A stretch of DNA of 64,000 nt from Amoebophrya sp. A120 (Eukaryota > Protista > Dinoflagellata): the NCBI GenBank assembly GCA_905178155.1, contig CAJINV010000010.1, positions 820,009 to 884,008 on the forward strand, written 5' to 3'. Position 1 is the stretch's first letter. Each line of letters starts with the position of its first letter. Both the position numbers and the translations under genes were made by a program. Below the pieces are notes generated by a model. It did not search any database. It had not been told where the DNA came from and saw nothing but the letters and a program-made list of their open reading frames with translations. Shown here in pieces: positions 1 through 11,800 of this stretch.

Positions 1-2851
1 TACGTGGCGAAGGGCGGGCGCCGGTTGTCGCGGTCCGCGGAAAAGTGGCGGGAGTTGCGGGATAAAGATTTCGAGCCGATGGACGTCGCGAGCAAAACCC
101 CTCCGTTAAAGCGGCTGCTGTTGTCCAAGAAGATGCCGCACAACATGCTGAAGTGCACGGCGATCCCGGAAACCGCGCTGCAATACCGGTACGTGAATAA
201 TTGGAACACGTGGAACGGACACGAACTACCAAACCAGGTGATTGACGGGGTAGAGGAGTTATCCTGTGCAAAAGTATCGTACTCGTATTGCAATCATGCA
301 TTACAAATCTTCTTTTTAAGGTAAATCTGCATTACAAATTTCATTTCTCATGCTGAGGAAATTTGTAATGCATTTATAGGAGGACGATACTTTTGCAGTT
401 CATAGGAGTTGGTGGCGCAGTGCCTCGAACAGAGCTCGACGGCCAACCAGAAGAAACATCTGACGGATTTGTACTGCGGGATGGCATATCCACTGCAAAT
501 ATGGATCTGGGTCTGGAAGGATGCAGGGTCTGTCATGCTTGTCTGGCATGACTGAAGAGCTTGTGATGCGCGTCCAAGAACAGACCCTTTTGCTTGTTAT
601 GCAAGACGCACTTTGTCATGCGGAAACCGCAACACTTAGGCACGAAAATATTTCTCATCATGCTTGGCTGTGCATTACAGAGCATTCAATATTTCCAACT
701 CAGCATCACAAGTTTCCAGAGCCACACGTATTTGCAGTTGATATGGCTCTGCAAACATCCTCACTGAACACGCGGCCGGCGTACAACGAACTGTGCAAGG
801 GATATGGAACTGTCAGGATCGAAATCGTCAAAGTTGAAATGATTTGCCATGCATAAAATGGATGCCAGTTGTAAGTCCCGCATGACAAATTTGGGTGGAA
901 CGGAAATCCAGTTTGTCATGCTGTCTGGGTAAGGGCGACGCCTTTTGTCATGCTACTTTGGCAGCGTCATTCCTACCCCACCTCAAAACAGGCTTACAAG
1001 CTGGCTCACTTGCCGACTCCGCAAGACAGGCGCTTCGTGGGTTGCGTTTTGTGCATGACAAATCATTTCAACTTTGCCGATTTCGATCCTGACACATCCA
1101 TAAGGGGGAATCGCAGCCGGCGCCCGCCCCCGCGGCCGCCCCTGCGATGAGCTACGTGGCCCCGACGCCAGCAGCAAGCGCGCAGCAGGTGTCGACGGGG
1201 GTGCAACCCAGCAGCACTACTTCGACCGTCAATGCGCAAGCTCCGCCCACCCAGAACAACCCGCCCATGATTGCGGCCGCGCCAGGAGCTAGTGGTAGTG
1301 GCGCCGTCAGCACGACGTCAAGCAGCACTGGGAATTCCGTGTCCGCGCGCCAGCCGGCGGCAGCGTCGGGTGCCACGTCAGCCGAGCGCGTCAACCCAAC
1401 CTCCTCGCAGGACACCAGAATAAACCGCTCTTCCTATCCTGAGTAAAAACGTCCCCACACCATAGTCAAGATGGGGAATCGGCTAGACAAATCAGCCAGC
1501 TTTGGTTGTTTGGCATGACAAGTTTGTCCGCGTAGTGTAGTGCTGTTTGAGCTAGTTTAGCAGCGTTACAGATCTAGTATCTCGCGCTGATTGGAGCATG
1601 ACAAATTTCAAAACCGCGCTAGAAAATGCTTCTCATGGGGCTCCGCATGAGAAACATTTTAAGCATGCAGAGTTGCATGACAACTATGGTGTGGGTACGT
1701 TTTTACTCAGGATACTTCCTCGTCAGGAGGCCAGCAGGCGGTGCAGACGAATTTCAAAATCAGCTCGAAGTATCCTATGTAAAAACGCACCCCATAGTCA
1801 AGATGGGCAATCTGCAAGACAAACCTTGAAGTTTTGGGAGTCACGCATGACAAGTTGCGGGCTGTGCTGTAGTTTAGCTTAGCAAGGGAAGCCGCATAAT
1901 AAATCCATCTCCTTATCCTGCCTACAGCATTACAAGTTCCAAAACACGATGGGAAATGCCTCTCATGGGGATGCGCATTACAAATGCTCTTGTGCTTGCA
2001 AATCTGCATGACAACTCTGGGGGGGGGACGTTTTTACTCAGGATACGAAGGTCAGCGGCTTCAACAACCTGATCGAGGCCCGGGCGGTGCTGCACACGGG
2101 AAACACGAATTTGGTGAGCAACTTGTGCCGCAGCTTCGTGCAGACAGTCGGGGCGAGCTCGGACGATTGCGTTGTCAACCGGATTATCAAATGCAAAAAT
2201 GTCTGGGTCTGGAACCATGCGCGATTTGTCATGCAGCTTTTCCATGACCCTTGAGGTCTGGAAAGCAGGACGTAGCATGACAGATTCTGTGCGATCTCTC
2301 TCATGCCCATCCTGCATGACAAACTCCCTCCCTAGTTGGTCAAAACTGGACGACTTTTGGCAATCATGCAGCACAGACTTTTGTATGCTTCAGATTTAGC
2401 ATGACAATTTGCAGCATTCTTCCAGACCCAGACACTTTTACATTTCATACGGATTGTCGTGACAAGCAGCCGGCGGTCGTTGGGAGAAAGTATGCCTGAG
2501 GGTCATGATGATGTGCTTGTTGAACCGACCAAGGAAACACACGACCGAAACCTCCAAACGCAACAGTTCAATATGCAGACCGACATTTCCCTGACCGCGC
2601 AAACGGCGCAGCAGGCCAGCATGTTCGAATCCCGCGTGTCTACCGCTCCGGCAGTGGTGGAGGCGAGCATGAATCAGGCCATGCCCACCGGCGTCCTGCT
2701 TACCGGCTCGTCCACGGCACTGGGGGGCCGGACGGTGGTGAGTAGCGGAAGCAGCATGACAAGTTTCGCACTGAGCAGCGACCGAGTGGGGGGGATGACG
2801 GGCGTCGTGAAAGCGGTGTTCGCCGTGGTTGCCGCCTTTCTGTTTTTGTAA
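1..2851 (+). CDS. 5'-partial, probably GPI-anchored or C-terminally anchored surface protein with a Ser/Thr/Ala/Pro-rich stalk; 7 exons split by 6 introners
   Basis: Exons ~1-259, 410-486, 749-802, 1108-1434, 1720-1770, 2051-2184, 2455-2851 join in frame (..GVEE|LVAQC..CGMA|LQTSS..CKG|ESQPAP..ISSK|VSGFNN..NRI|VVTSS..). Ends with the hydrophobic tail VVKAVFAVVAAFLFL-stop. Confidence 0.75.
260..404. mobile_element. Introner, family B (TIR TAT-N4-TGCAAAAGTATCGTAC)
   Basis: TSD ggagt/ggagt; frame restored. Confidence 0.9.
487..743. mobile_element. Introner, family A (TIR ..AAAAATGTCTGGGTCTGGAA)
   Basis: TSD tggca/tggct. Confidence 0.88.
803..1102. mobile_element. Introner, family C (TATGGAACTGTCAGGA)
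   Basis: TSD aggga/agggg. Confidence 0.9.
1435..1714. mobile_element. Introner, family D (TATCCTGAGTAAAAACG)
   Basis: TSD cttcc/cttcc. Confidence 0.92.
1771..2045. mobile_element. Introner, family D
   Basis: TSD cgaag/cgaag. Confidence 0.92.
2185..2449. mobile_element. Introner, family A
   Basis: TSD cggat/cggat. Confidence 0.92.
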
Positions 2852-4358
2852 ATCTGGTAAACCAAAGAACGACCGGTTATTTTCAGACGGAGAAGCAGAT
2901 GCAGTACAACAACGAACGTCAACGTGAAGAAGCTCCTGCCCATGCAACTGGGCTGGCAAATGAATAATAATTCGGAGGGTTTTGAAGAAATACGACGAAT
3001 TTGAATTCGACCGTGGTGTTTTATTTGCAACACCCATCCTGTCGAGAGTGAAAGTATCGACAAGCATGCTGGTCTCACTTTTGTACGTACGGAGTTTTTT
3101 ACAGCGGAAGGCATGAAGATTTGAAAAAATACGGAGTTTGTATCTTGTCACAATCTTGTTAAGGATTTAATGCACTGAGGTCTACCAATTATGAGCCTTT
3201 TTTTTTTTGCGAGTTTACCTTTTTCGCTTTCGAGTTCTTGTTAACATTTATTCGGACATGCCGGAAGATGTCGTGCATGTTTACAACACGACCCGGAAAG
3301 AGCTATATGTTTTTCTCTTTAATTCTATTTTTCAATTTAGGTTAACGTTACGTCGTGAACCAGCATTGTATAGTTTCAAAAACCACTGCTAAAAAGTAGT
3401 CAGTTTATCCCTAAATATTTTTCGTGCAGATTTGCTAAGTATATGGTTCACTAGAGTGAGGTCGAGAGCCTTGCGATTTTTTGTTCTTGTTCTTAAGTAC
3501 CCTCATAGATATGCAACTACTATTTTCATTGATGTGCAGCTCGAAACTTCATCTTGAAATGAAAAAATAAACAGCGTATGTTGAAGCACTTTGTTTTGAA
3601 CGTGTGTGCAGAAAAATTTTGATGACGACTCGTCAACGATTCCCCGTGACAAGAATCGATGCGGTTTTTCAAATCGCGCAACAGTGTGACTGCTAGATCG
3701 TGTGCAACAGCAGTAGCAGTAGAAGACTTTGTGCGTTTAGGAAGAAATTTGGCTTGCTTCTTTTTCCTTTATCCAGGACCCGAAGCTGCTGAGGAAACAA
3801 CTTTGTCGAGCGATGCGTGAGCAGTGTGATTACGATTAGTTAGTAGAGAGGGCGCAAAATAAATATCGTGTGCGGGTGGAAAACGTAGCCTGCGCGTGTC
3901 GGGTTCGCTCTAGTTCTTTCTGCTGGGCGAGATTCTGGGGCACCAACGTGATCGCCGCCCCAGTTTTGAAACGGGCGGCGCGCCACGGGGGCGTTTTCGG
4001 AGCGAGGGGCTTTGGCGGGGGCGATGCGGTGCGCCGATAACTTCGGGGCGTTGATGCTCTCCTGGTGCCCGCGGGCGGTGCTTTTGGCGCCGGCGGGGCG
4101 GCGGGCGCGGGACGCCCGCCCTGTGCCGGCGCGCGCCTACCCGGGCTACAGGCTGCGCCCACATTCTTTTCGGGTAGTCGGCGTCTGAATGGCCCGCGAG
4201 CATCCGGTCGCCATTTTGGCGTCCCCGAGCGCGTGACGTGGCTGGCCAGCGCGGCATGTTTTGGTCTCTACGTTCCGCTTATGTCGCCAACTGGTGCTCC
4301 TGGTCGAGCAGTTGCCCCGCTCCGGTAACAAAGAGGATGGCGTGGCTTCTTTTCTTGC

Positions 4359-7300
4359 ATGCTGGTTGTACCACCTTGTACTACTACAGCCACAACGAGT
4401 AGTACTATTAGCAAATCGAAAATTTTTTCAATATTGCAACGACCTCAGAAGTTCAAGTTGTCCTGTGCCATCGTGGTCAGCTCATGTGCCATGCACCCAC
4501 AGAAATTCTCTCGTCACAATCTCGGGCAACGCATCTTATTTCGCATCCGCCGGTCCGGAGCCTGGTACAACCGCGCACCTGCGGCAGAAGTGGCGGATTT
4601 TTTCCAACAGTCCCCGGCGGAGATCATCAGAAATTCTGGGAGCAGGTCCACTCCTCGCGACCACCTCCTCCACCACACAGCCGCATTCAACGGGCCCAAA
4701 AACCGCGAGTGGCGGCGGAAATGGCGGCAGCGCGCGAAGAAAGCCGCGGTGGGCGGCACCGTGCTCGCCATCGCGCTGGAAGCCCACAATCTTTATGCAC
4801 TGCAAAAACGTCTGCGTCTGGAAGGACGCGAACTTGTCATGCTAAGTCTGCATAGTACAAAAATTTGCGTTGCAAGATCACCAAAAGCTGTCCACTTTTG
4901 AACAAGTTTAGAGGCAGTTTGTCATGCAGGATAGGCATGAAAGAGACCTCTCAGAACCTGTCATGCTAGGTCCTGCATTCCAGACCTTATGGAGCATGGA
5001 AAATATGCATGACAAGCTTGCAATCTCCCAGACATCCAGGGATATTTGCGCTGTATAATCTTCTTTACGACACCATGATCACGCTCGAGCGGGGCGGCAC
5101 GCGCGCCGCCGAGGTATCGAAGAAAAAAACATTGTTGGTGTAACTTTGTGATGCACAACATGCAAAGTCATATTGGCTGTCATGCTGGGCATCCATGGTA
5201 AGGTCCATTCAATCGCGTTTTCACGTACAATCTGCGCATGACAGGTTTTTCCTCTCATGCCAGACAAAGTTGTAATGCTGTTCCTCCAAAAAAGTTACAC
5301 TTACAATCTTTTTTTCTTGGATACGAGGCGGCCGAGGAATACTTGCGGCAGTACGACTATTCGGAGCATCAAGAAGATGGTCAGGTTTCTAATGGTACAC
5401 AGCACTCGCCCGGCCATCATGCTTCTCAACACCCGCCAGTCTGTAGCAGCTGCTGTGCCATTGAAGATAATATTTTAAACACACACAATCACAAGAAAAT
5501 GAATACAAAACTCACGCTCCTGCAACGGCACCAGCAGTCCGCGAAGCAGCGGGCCTGTTCCCAGGCGAGCCTCCCGGTGACCGAGAGCCAGACGGTATCA
5601 AATGTAAAAGTGTCTGGGTCTGGAAGAATGCAACTTGTCATGCTAAGTCTGAAGCATCCAAAAATCTGTGCTGCATGATTACCAAACGTCGTCCAGTTTT
5701 GACCAAGTCGGGAGGGAGTTTCTCGTGCAGGATAGGCATGAGAGAGATCGCGCAGAATCTGTCATGCTAGGTGCTGCATTCCAGACCTCATGGGTCATGA
5801 AAAAGCTGCATGACAAATCGCGCATTCTTCCAGACCCAGACACTTTTACATTTGATAGACGGGCAACCTGGAACTCGACCGGAACGTGACGCGATGGCTA
5901 TCAGAAGGAAAAATCCCCCCTCCCCATATCGAAAACGAAATTTGTGATGCTGTGTTTGGGTACACAAAATTGTGTTGCAGTAGAGGACTGTACGCAGATC
6001 GTAAGCCTAGGTAAGGGCCTTTTGGTGTAGGCCCCTAGCACGGTAGACAGCTACCGTGTAGGCCTGGCAGCATTACAAATCGCCTGCATAACGAACGCGG
6101 CGGACAGCCCGGGCGTGTCTTCTTGCAAGACAGACCCGACTTGTGCTCACGAATCTGCATCACAAATTTTCAGGACGGCGCGCTTTCAATATGGGGTGGG
6201 AGGGGGGATTTTTCATTTTCATAGTGGCGCGAAAAAATCTTCGCGCGGGCGAGCGGCCGGTGTGTCGAGCTGGGGGCGGGCGGGTGCGGTGCGGTTTGGC
6301 GAAATTTAGAGGTTATCAAATGTAAAAGTTTCTGGGTCTGGAAGATTGCCAGGTTTGTCATGCACATTTTGCATGACTCCTGATGTCTGTGATGCATGCC
6401 CTAGCATCACAGAGTCTGTGAGGGATTCCTGATGCCTATACCGCATGACAAATGCTCTGTCCGTGTAGCAAAACTTGGACTCTCTTTGCTGCTCATGCAA
6501 TACAGATTTTTTTAGAATCCAAAATCAGCATGACAAGTTGGATTTTTCCAGACCCAGACATTTTTACAGTTGGTAGAGGTGTTTCAGAAGTGGAACCGCA
6601 TTGAGGAGTTGGTTGTCGTGGACGGGAACAGGAAGCAGTTGGAACATCTGTATGCTATGTAAAAACGCCCCCACCCCAGAGTTGTCATGCAAAAATGCAT
6701 GCTCAGAATGTTTCTCATGCGGAGCCCCAGGAGAAGCGATTCCTAGTCGTGTTGTGGAATTCGTAATGCTCCAATCAGCATAATAGGCTAGATTTGCGAT
6801 GCTTCTGAACGAGCTGAACAGGATTACACTACAAGGCCAAAAATCTTGTCATGCGCAACAGCCTAAGCTTTTTGAGTTGTCTAGCAGATTTCCCAGCTTG
6901 CCTATGGGGCGGGGAGGCGGTCTTTACTCAGGATAGTCTGAAGCAGTTGTTTCGTAACGATTTTTCTGACCCTTCGCCGATGAAGAAGAAGAACTCTAGT
7001 GAGAGCAGGAGCTGCAGGGAAATATTAAACACGTCTACTTCATCTGCTCGTCCGGAGCTCGCCGTCTTGCAGCCCGGGACGACAAGCGAAGGAGGCTGCA
7101 CTAGTACGCTTCTTCAGGAGCGGCCGACAGCCCCCTCGAGTGCGAAGAAGAAGAAGAGCAATTTCAGGGTGCAATTCGTGCGTGCAGACGCGGCAGCTGT
7201 GCAGAAAAAAGAGCTCCTGAGAGAAGTTGTAAATGACCTGCACCATCGATCCACCGTCGATCGTCCCAATTTCGATACCGTGTGCTGCTCCTTTCTCCTG

Positions 7301-8150
7301 TCCTATTCCGAATTTCCGGAGCAGATCCTTCACAATGCGGCGGCTCTGTTGGAAGAGGACGACCAGACGAGGGCCCCCAGCGAAAAAAAAATTCTGCTGC
7401 TCGAGCGGGGCCGGAGCAGCTATGGCTTGATTCGCTGGCTCACCCGGAGAAGCCACCTCGCGAGTGAGGTAGGGAGTGAGGCACGGGTCAGTAGTGATTT
7501 TTATCTCAATTGTTATAGTGCTGTGATCAGCTACAGCTACTGGATTTTAACTTCCTCGATACACAGAATCTCGTACAAGAGATTGAATCTCATCTCCGCA
7601 GGTGAGGGGTGCTTGGACTAATGGACGCTGTGTACTAGCTGAAGAATATCTTTCTTAATGACAATAGCACAGTGACAGTTGTGAATGTGATCGTGGTCAC
7701 ACGACTTACGTTCCCACTCCATAACCTGCTTCGGGCGACGAGGCAGGGGGCGAGAGTGAAGTGACGGAGTTTGGGGAGACGGTTCGGATGGACGTCCTGA
7801 AGGTGGTGCGTGACTTTGTGGACCGGCAAAGGCGCACTCTCGGGGCCGAGTGGAGCGTGAACGTCACTACGCGGGGGATGGGGCACTTTTACCTGGTCGA
7901 GCTGAAGAAACAGGAACGGCGCGACGGCGTTGCCGCGGCAGGCCCTTGTAGTGAAGCAGACGATGCAGGAAATTATGCAGCTGATAATTTTTGTAAGAGA
8001 ACTAGTACGGAAGCAGAAGCAGTGGCTCTTTCAGGAACAAGGTCGTCCGCCTTATCTTTTGTCACCCTAACAGAGGAAGCGATAGCTGAAATGGAAAAGA
8101 CGAATGAGGTAGTGGAAAAGTACCACTATGACAAGTTGAGCAGAGCATGA
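4359..8150 (+). CDS. Class I SAM-dependent methyltransferase, OMS1/METTL7-like, with an N-terminal extension
   Basis: Spliced product contains motif I CVELGAGGCG (6260-6290), VVVDGNRKQL, FVRADA, FDTVCCSFLLS and ILLLERGRSSY. Six clean introners plus one degenerate GT-AG-compatible intron (~7469-7742). Start codon uncertain. Confidence 0.75.
4794..5057. mobile_element. Introner, family A
   Basis: TSD atctt/atctt. Confidence 0.9.
5115..5323. mobile_element. Introner, family E (TATCNAAGAAAAAAAC)
   Basis: TSD cgagg/cgagg. Confidence 0.9.
5596..5857. mobile_element. Introner, family A (reverse orientation of 2185-2449)
   Basis: TSD gacgg/gacgg. Confidence 0.92.
5899..6223. mobile_element. Introner, family F (TAT-N6-GAAAAATCCCCC)
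   Basis: TSD atggc/gtggc. Confidence 0.9.
6314..6575. mobile_element. Introner, family A
   Basis: TSD gaggt/gaggt; right end GTA. Confidence 0.9.
6651..6935. mobile_element. Introner, family D
   Basis: TSD atctg/gtctg. Confidence 0.88.
7470..7723. mobile_element. Degenerate introner inside a GT-AG-compatible intron
   Basis: Eroded inverted ends tagggagtg / cactccata; no adjacent TSD. Confidence 0.45.
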
Positions 8151-8864
8151 GCTGACTAGAATCTTCGGAGAGGAAATAAATATTGGCTCGCTGGATCGTA
8201 AAAGATTTTATCTGCACGGGAGGTGAAGCTGCTTGATAGGAAGAATTCAGATGTTGTTCACTAGTGCTAGAAGCTTCGCGGCTCACATCTTAAATTCTCG
8301 TCGCTGGATCACAACGCGAAAGGTGTTTTTATTCGGTGACACCATTTATTTCTTGCGAGTTGAAAAAGTGATTGCAGAAGCGCCAATAATTTTACTAGAT
8401 GCGGGCAGCATTGAAAGAAGCGGTTCATGCAGGGATCTTTTGCAAAATTCAGATCATGCCACGACCAGATTCAGATCCTGTAGCGAAATTCAGATCAGCG
8501 AGATGTGACTAGACTAGAAGGAATAAAATTCTAGTTCTCAAACTCGTTCTATTATGCCACCAGGTCTTCGAAGATCTTCAGAAAGCATGAGCATGATAGT
8601 ACACAACGACGACCAGGCTCGCTTTTGATAGAAAGGGTAGACAACATAAGTAGACAATTCATTGCGACAACGAGGCTAGGCTGATCGGGACCCATTGTTC
8701 TGTTGTTCCGGAGCTGGTATTATACAAGTAGTCTTTTGATGTGGTAGATTCATTTGGTTCACAGTTTATTCCCTTGTTCGTGTGCTGGAAGAACGACTTT
8801 GTAAGTACAAGTGAAGGACTTTAAGTACGACCCTGTAGTTTTTGAAGCAGGAACAAAAACTACC

Positions 8865-11800
8865 ATGTTGACCACCACCGCTGATGTACCAACGGTAGCG
8901 AGGGCCGCCGCCGCGCAAATTTCTACCGCGGGGGAACAAGTCGGCGCAACACAGCAAGCGGCGCGAACAAGAAACAGTGTTCATCTTCTAAATCCCACGT
9001 CGTCCTCTCTACTTGCCGAAGTAGTAGACCTCGTGCCCGGAAGTGGTGTTGGTTCTACTTCGGAGCGGAAAACAAGCTGCTCCGCGCAGAACGCGCTGTC
9101 TCAAGGCGATACCACGCTGGCCGCGGGGGCTATCACCACGTCAGGAACATCACCATCTTCAGTCTCGTCGTCGCCAACCCACGACGTGGAGCGGGGGCAA
9201 ATAAAAAGCACACCAGCTGCGTCGACTTTGACGCCTAGTATGGTCGTTGCGCAGCAGGGACCAGGCCCCGCGGCTACTAGAGAGCAGAAGGAGCAGCTGG
9301 TTCGTGATGTTACTAATCGGTCAACACGTCCTATCCCTATGCTCTCGGAGGTGGAGGCGCCGTCGACAGCAGTTGTTCCAGGTAGCAGGGGGAGTAGTTC
9401 TCTGTCAACCTGTACCGAAAAGAAAATGTTGGTCACCGACCGTATCACCCCTGCGTTTTTCAGGGTGGAGAGGAACTACCTCCACGATGTTGACAGGACA
9501 CTGCCTGGTGAAACAACAGGACGAGCAGTAGACCACAGTTTTACTAGCGGAGATGCTGATGGCCCACAACTTCTCGTCGACAGGAGCAAAACAAAATTCC
9601 TCCCCATTCTCACGGTCGGGGACGGGGACTTGTCCTTCTCCCGCGCCTTGCAAATCTCCAACCCGGAAGTTCCCCTGGTCGCGACGGTGTTTGAATATCA
9701 AATGCAAATATGTCTGGGTGTGGAAGACTGCGCAACTTGTGATGCAGATTTTCCATGACCCACGAGGTCTGGAATGCAGGACTTAGTATGACAGATCCTG
9801 TGCGATCTCTATCATTCCTGTTCGGCATGAGAAACTCCCTTGGTCAAAAGTCGACAACTTTTGGCAATCATGCAACACAGAAGTTTACAGGATGCAGACT
9901 TAGCATGACAAGTTGCAACCTTCCAGACCCAGACATATTTGCAATGCATACTGACGCGTATGAAACCATCGTTGCGAAGTACCCCCACAGCCGCGAGCGG
10001 ATCGAAATCCTGGAGAAAAATATGCAAGAAACAAACTGTGTAAGTGTAAGTCTGTGATGCAGAAAATGCAAAAGAGTTACACTTGTCATGCTCCACATGC
10101 ATGCTAGGCTCGCTTCCTACGTGTTTTCCCGTCCTATCTGCGCATGACAAGTTATTTTTCCTGTCATGGCAGACAAACTTGTCATGCTGTTTTCCCAAGA
10201 GACGGACCTACACTAACGCAGTTTTTTCCTTCGATAAAAAACGGCGCCACCGTCCTGTTCGGCGTGGACGCGCGGCGACTCCTATCCTATGTAAAAACAT
10301 CCCCACCCCAGAGTTGTCATGCAGATCTGCAAGCGCAAGAGCATTTGTAATGCGCATTCCCATGAGAGGCATTTCCCATCGTATTTTGGAACTTGTAATG
10401 CTGTAAACAGGATAAGGAGATGGATTTGTTATGCGGCTCCCCTTGCTAAACTGCATTACACTACAGCCTGCAACTTGTCATGCGTGGCTCCCAAAACTTC
10501 GAGGTTTGTGTTGCAAAGTCCCCATGTTGACTCTGGGGTGGGGACGTTTTTACAAATGATAACTCCGGACGCATATTCAACGAGACCGGATCTGTCGTCG
10601 TGCGGAGCAGCAGGAGAGCAGCACTTCTTCCTCTTCTTCTTTTTCCGCGGACAAAGGTCTTGCAGCCAAAAATTCTGATGATCCCTGTCGTGGTGCGACA
10701 AAAGTAGGAGACCAAGTAGGAGCAGAAGAACTTCTACCTCTTGAAGCTGACACGTCGTCCTCGACTTCGGGGAAGTCGCCGGCCGGGAGTGGTAGGAAGA
10801 GAAAAAACATTGTCCCTGAGCAAGATCTCTTCGCAACAGCAAGCGCCGGATTCGCCCGCGTTGTGTTCCAGTTTCCGTTACTCCCCGCGATGACGAAGGA
10901 GCAGTTTGAGAGCGCGCCGTCGAGGGATCCAGTCCTGAACAACCGCCTGATGCTGCTAGAGTTCTTGTTGGAAGCGGAGGAGTTGCTGGACAAAGATTGT
11001 GGGGTCGTGCTGATCACGAATAAGGACGTGCGGCCGTACACCCTGTGGCGCTTGCACGACATATCAAATGTAAAAATGTCTGGGTCTGGAATATTGCGAG
11101 ATTTGTCATGCTTGTCTGGCATGACAAAAAAGTTTGTGATGCGTGTCCAAGAAGAGACCCTTTTTCCTGTCATGCAAAAACGCAGTTTCTCATGCGAAAA
11201 ACGCAACACAAAGAAGCGCAGATATTTCTCATGCTTGGCTGTGCATTACAGAGCATTCACCATTCCCAACACAGCATTACAAGTTTCCAGACCCAGACAT
11301 TTTTACATTTGATACGACATACTGGACCACCACACTCTCACCTCGTCCGCGCCGTCTGAACGATGCGAGCAGGAGGACAAAAATCGGGGCGGAGCAGAGC
11401 CGCCGAGACCGGAAAATGAATTCTCCACCTATAATAGTACTGCTTCAGCATCAACAACACGACCACCAGAACCTCCGGAACTAGATGATACCACAGCAAC
11501 TTCTTTGCAGTTTCTGGGCAAAATCCCGCTGAGAATGGAGGATTTTCCGGGCTACTTCTTCCAAAATGTCGACCGGGATTCCGCGGTGAAAGATACCATG
11601 GGGAAGTCCTTCCTGTACGGAAGTAGTAGTAGATATGGAACTGTCAGGATCGAAATTGACAAAATCGAAAAATGTGTGATGCATAAAATGCATGACGCAA
11701 AATACGTGTGTTGCAGAACAGGCAAGTGAGGCCGATTGTAAGCCTGTTTGGGGTTTTTATAGCTCGAGCTGCTAAAGCAGCATGAGAGAATCTTCAGCCT

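Noticed and set aside
4210-4220. gccattttggc resembling the middle of the dinoflagellate spliced leader
   Set aside because: Only 11 nt, nearly palindromic, and lacks the diagnostic TCAAG end.
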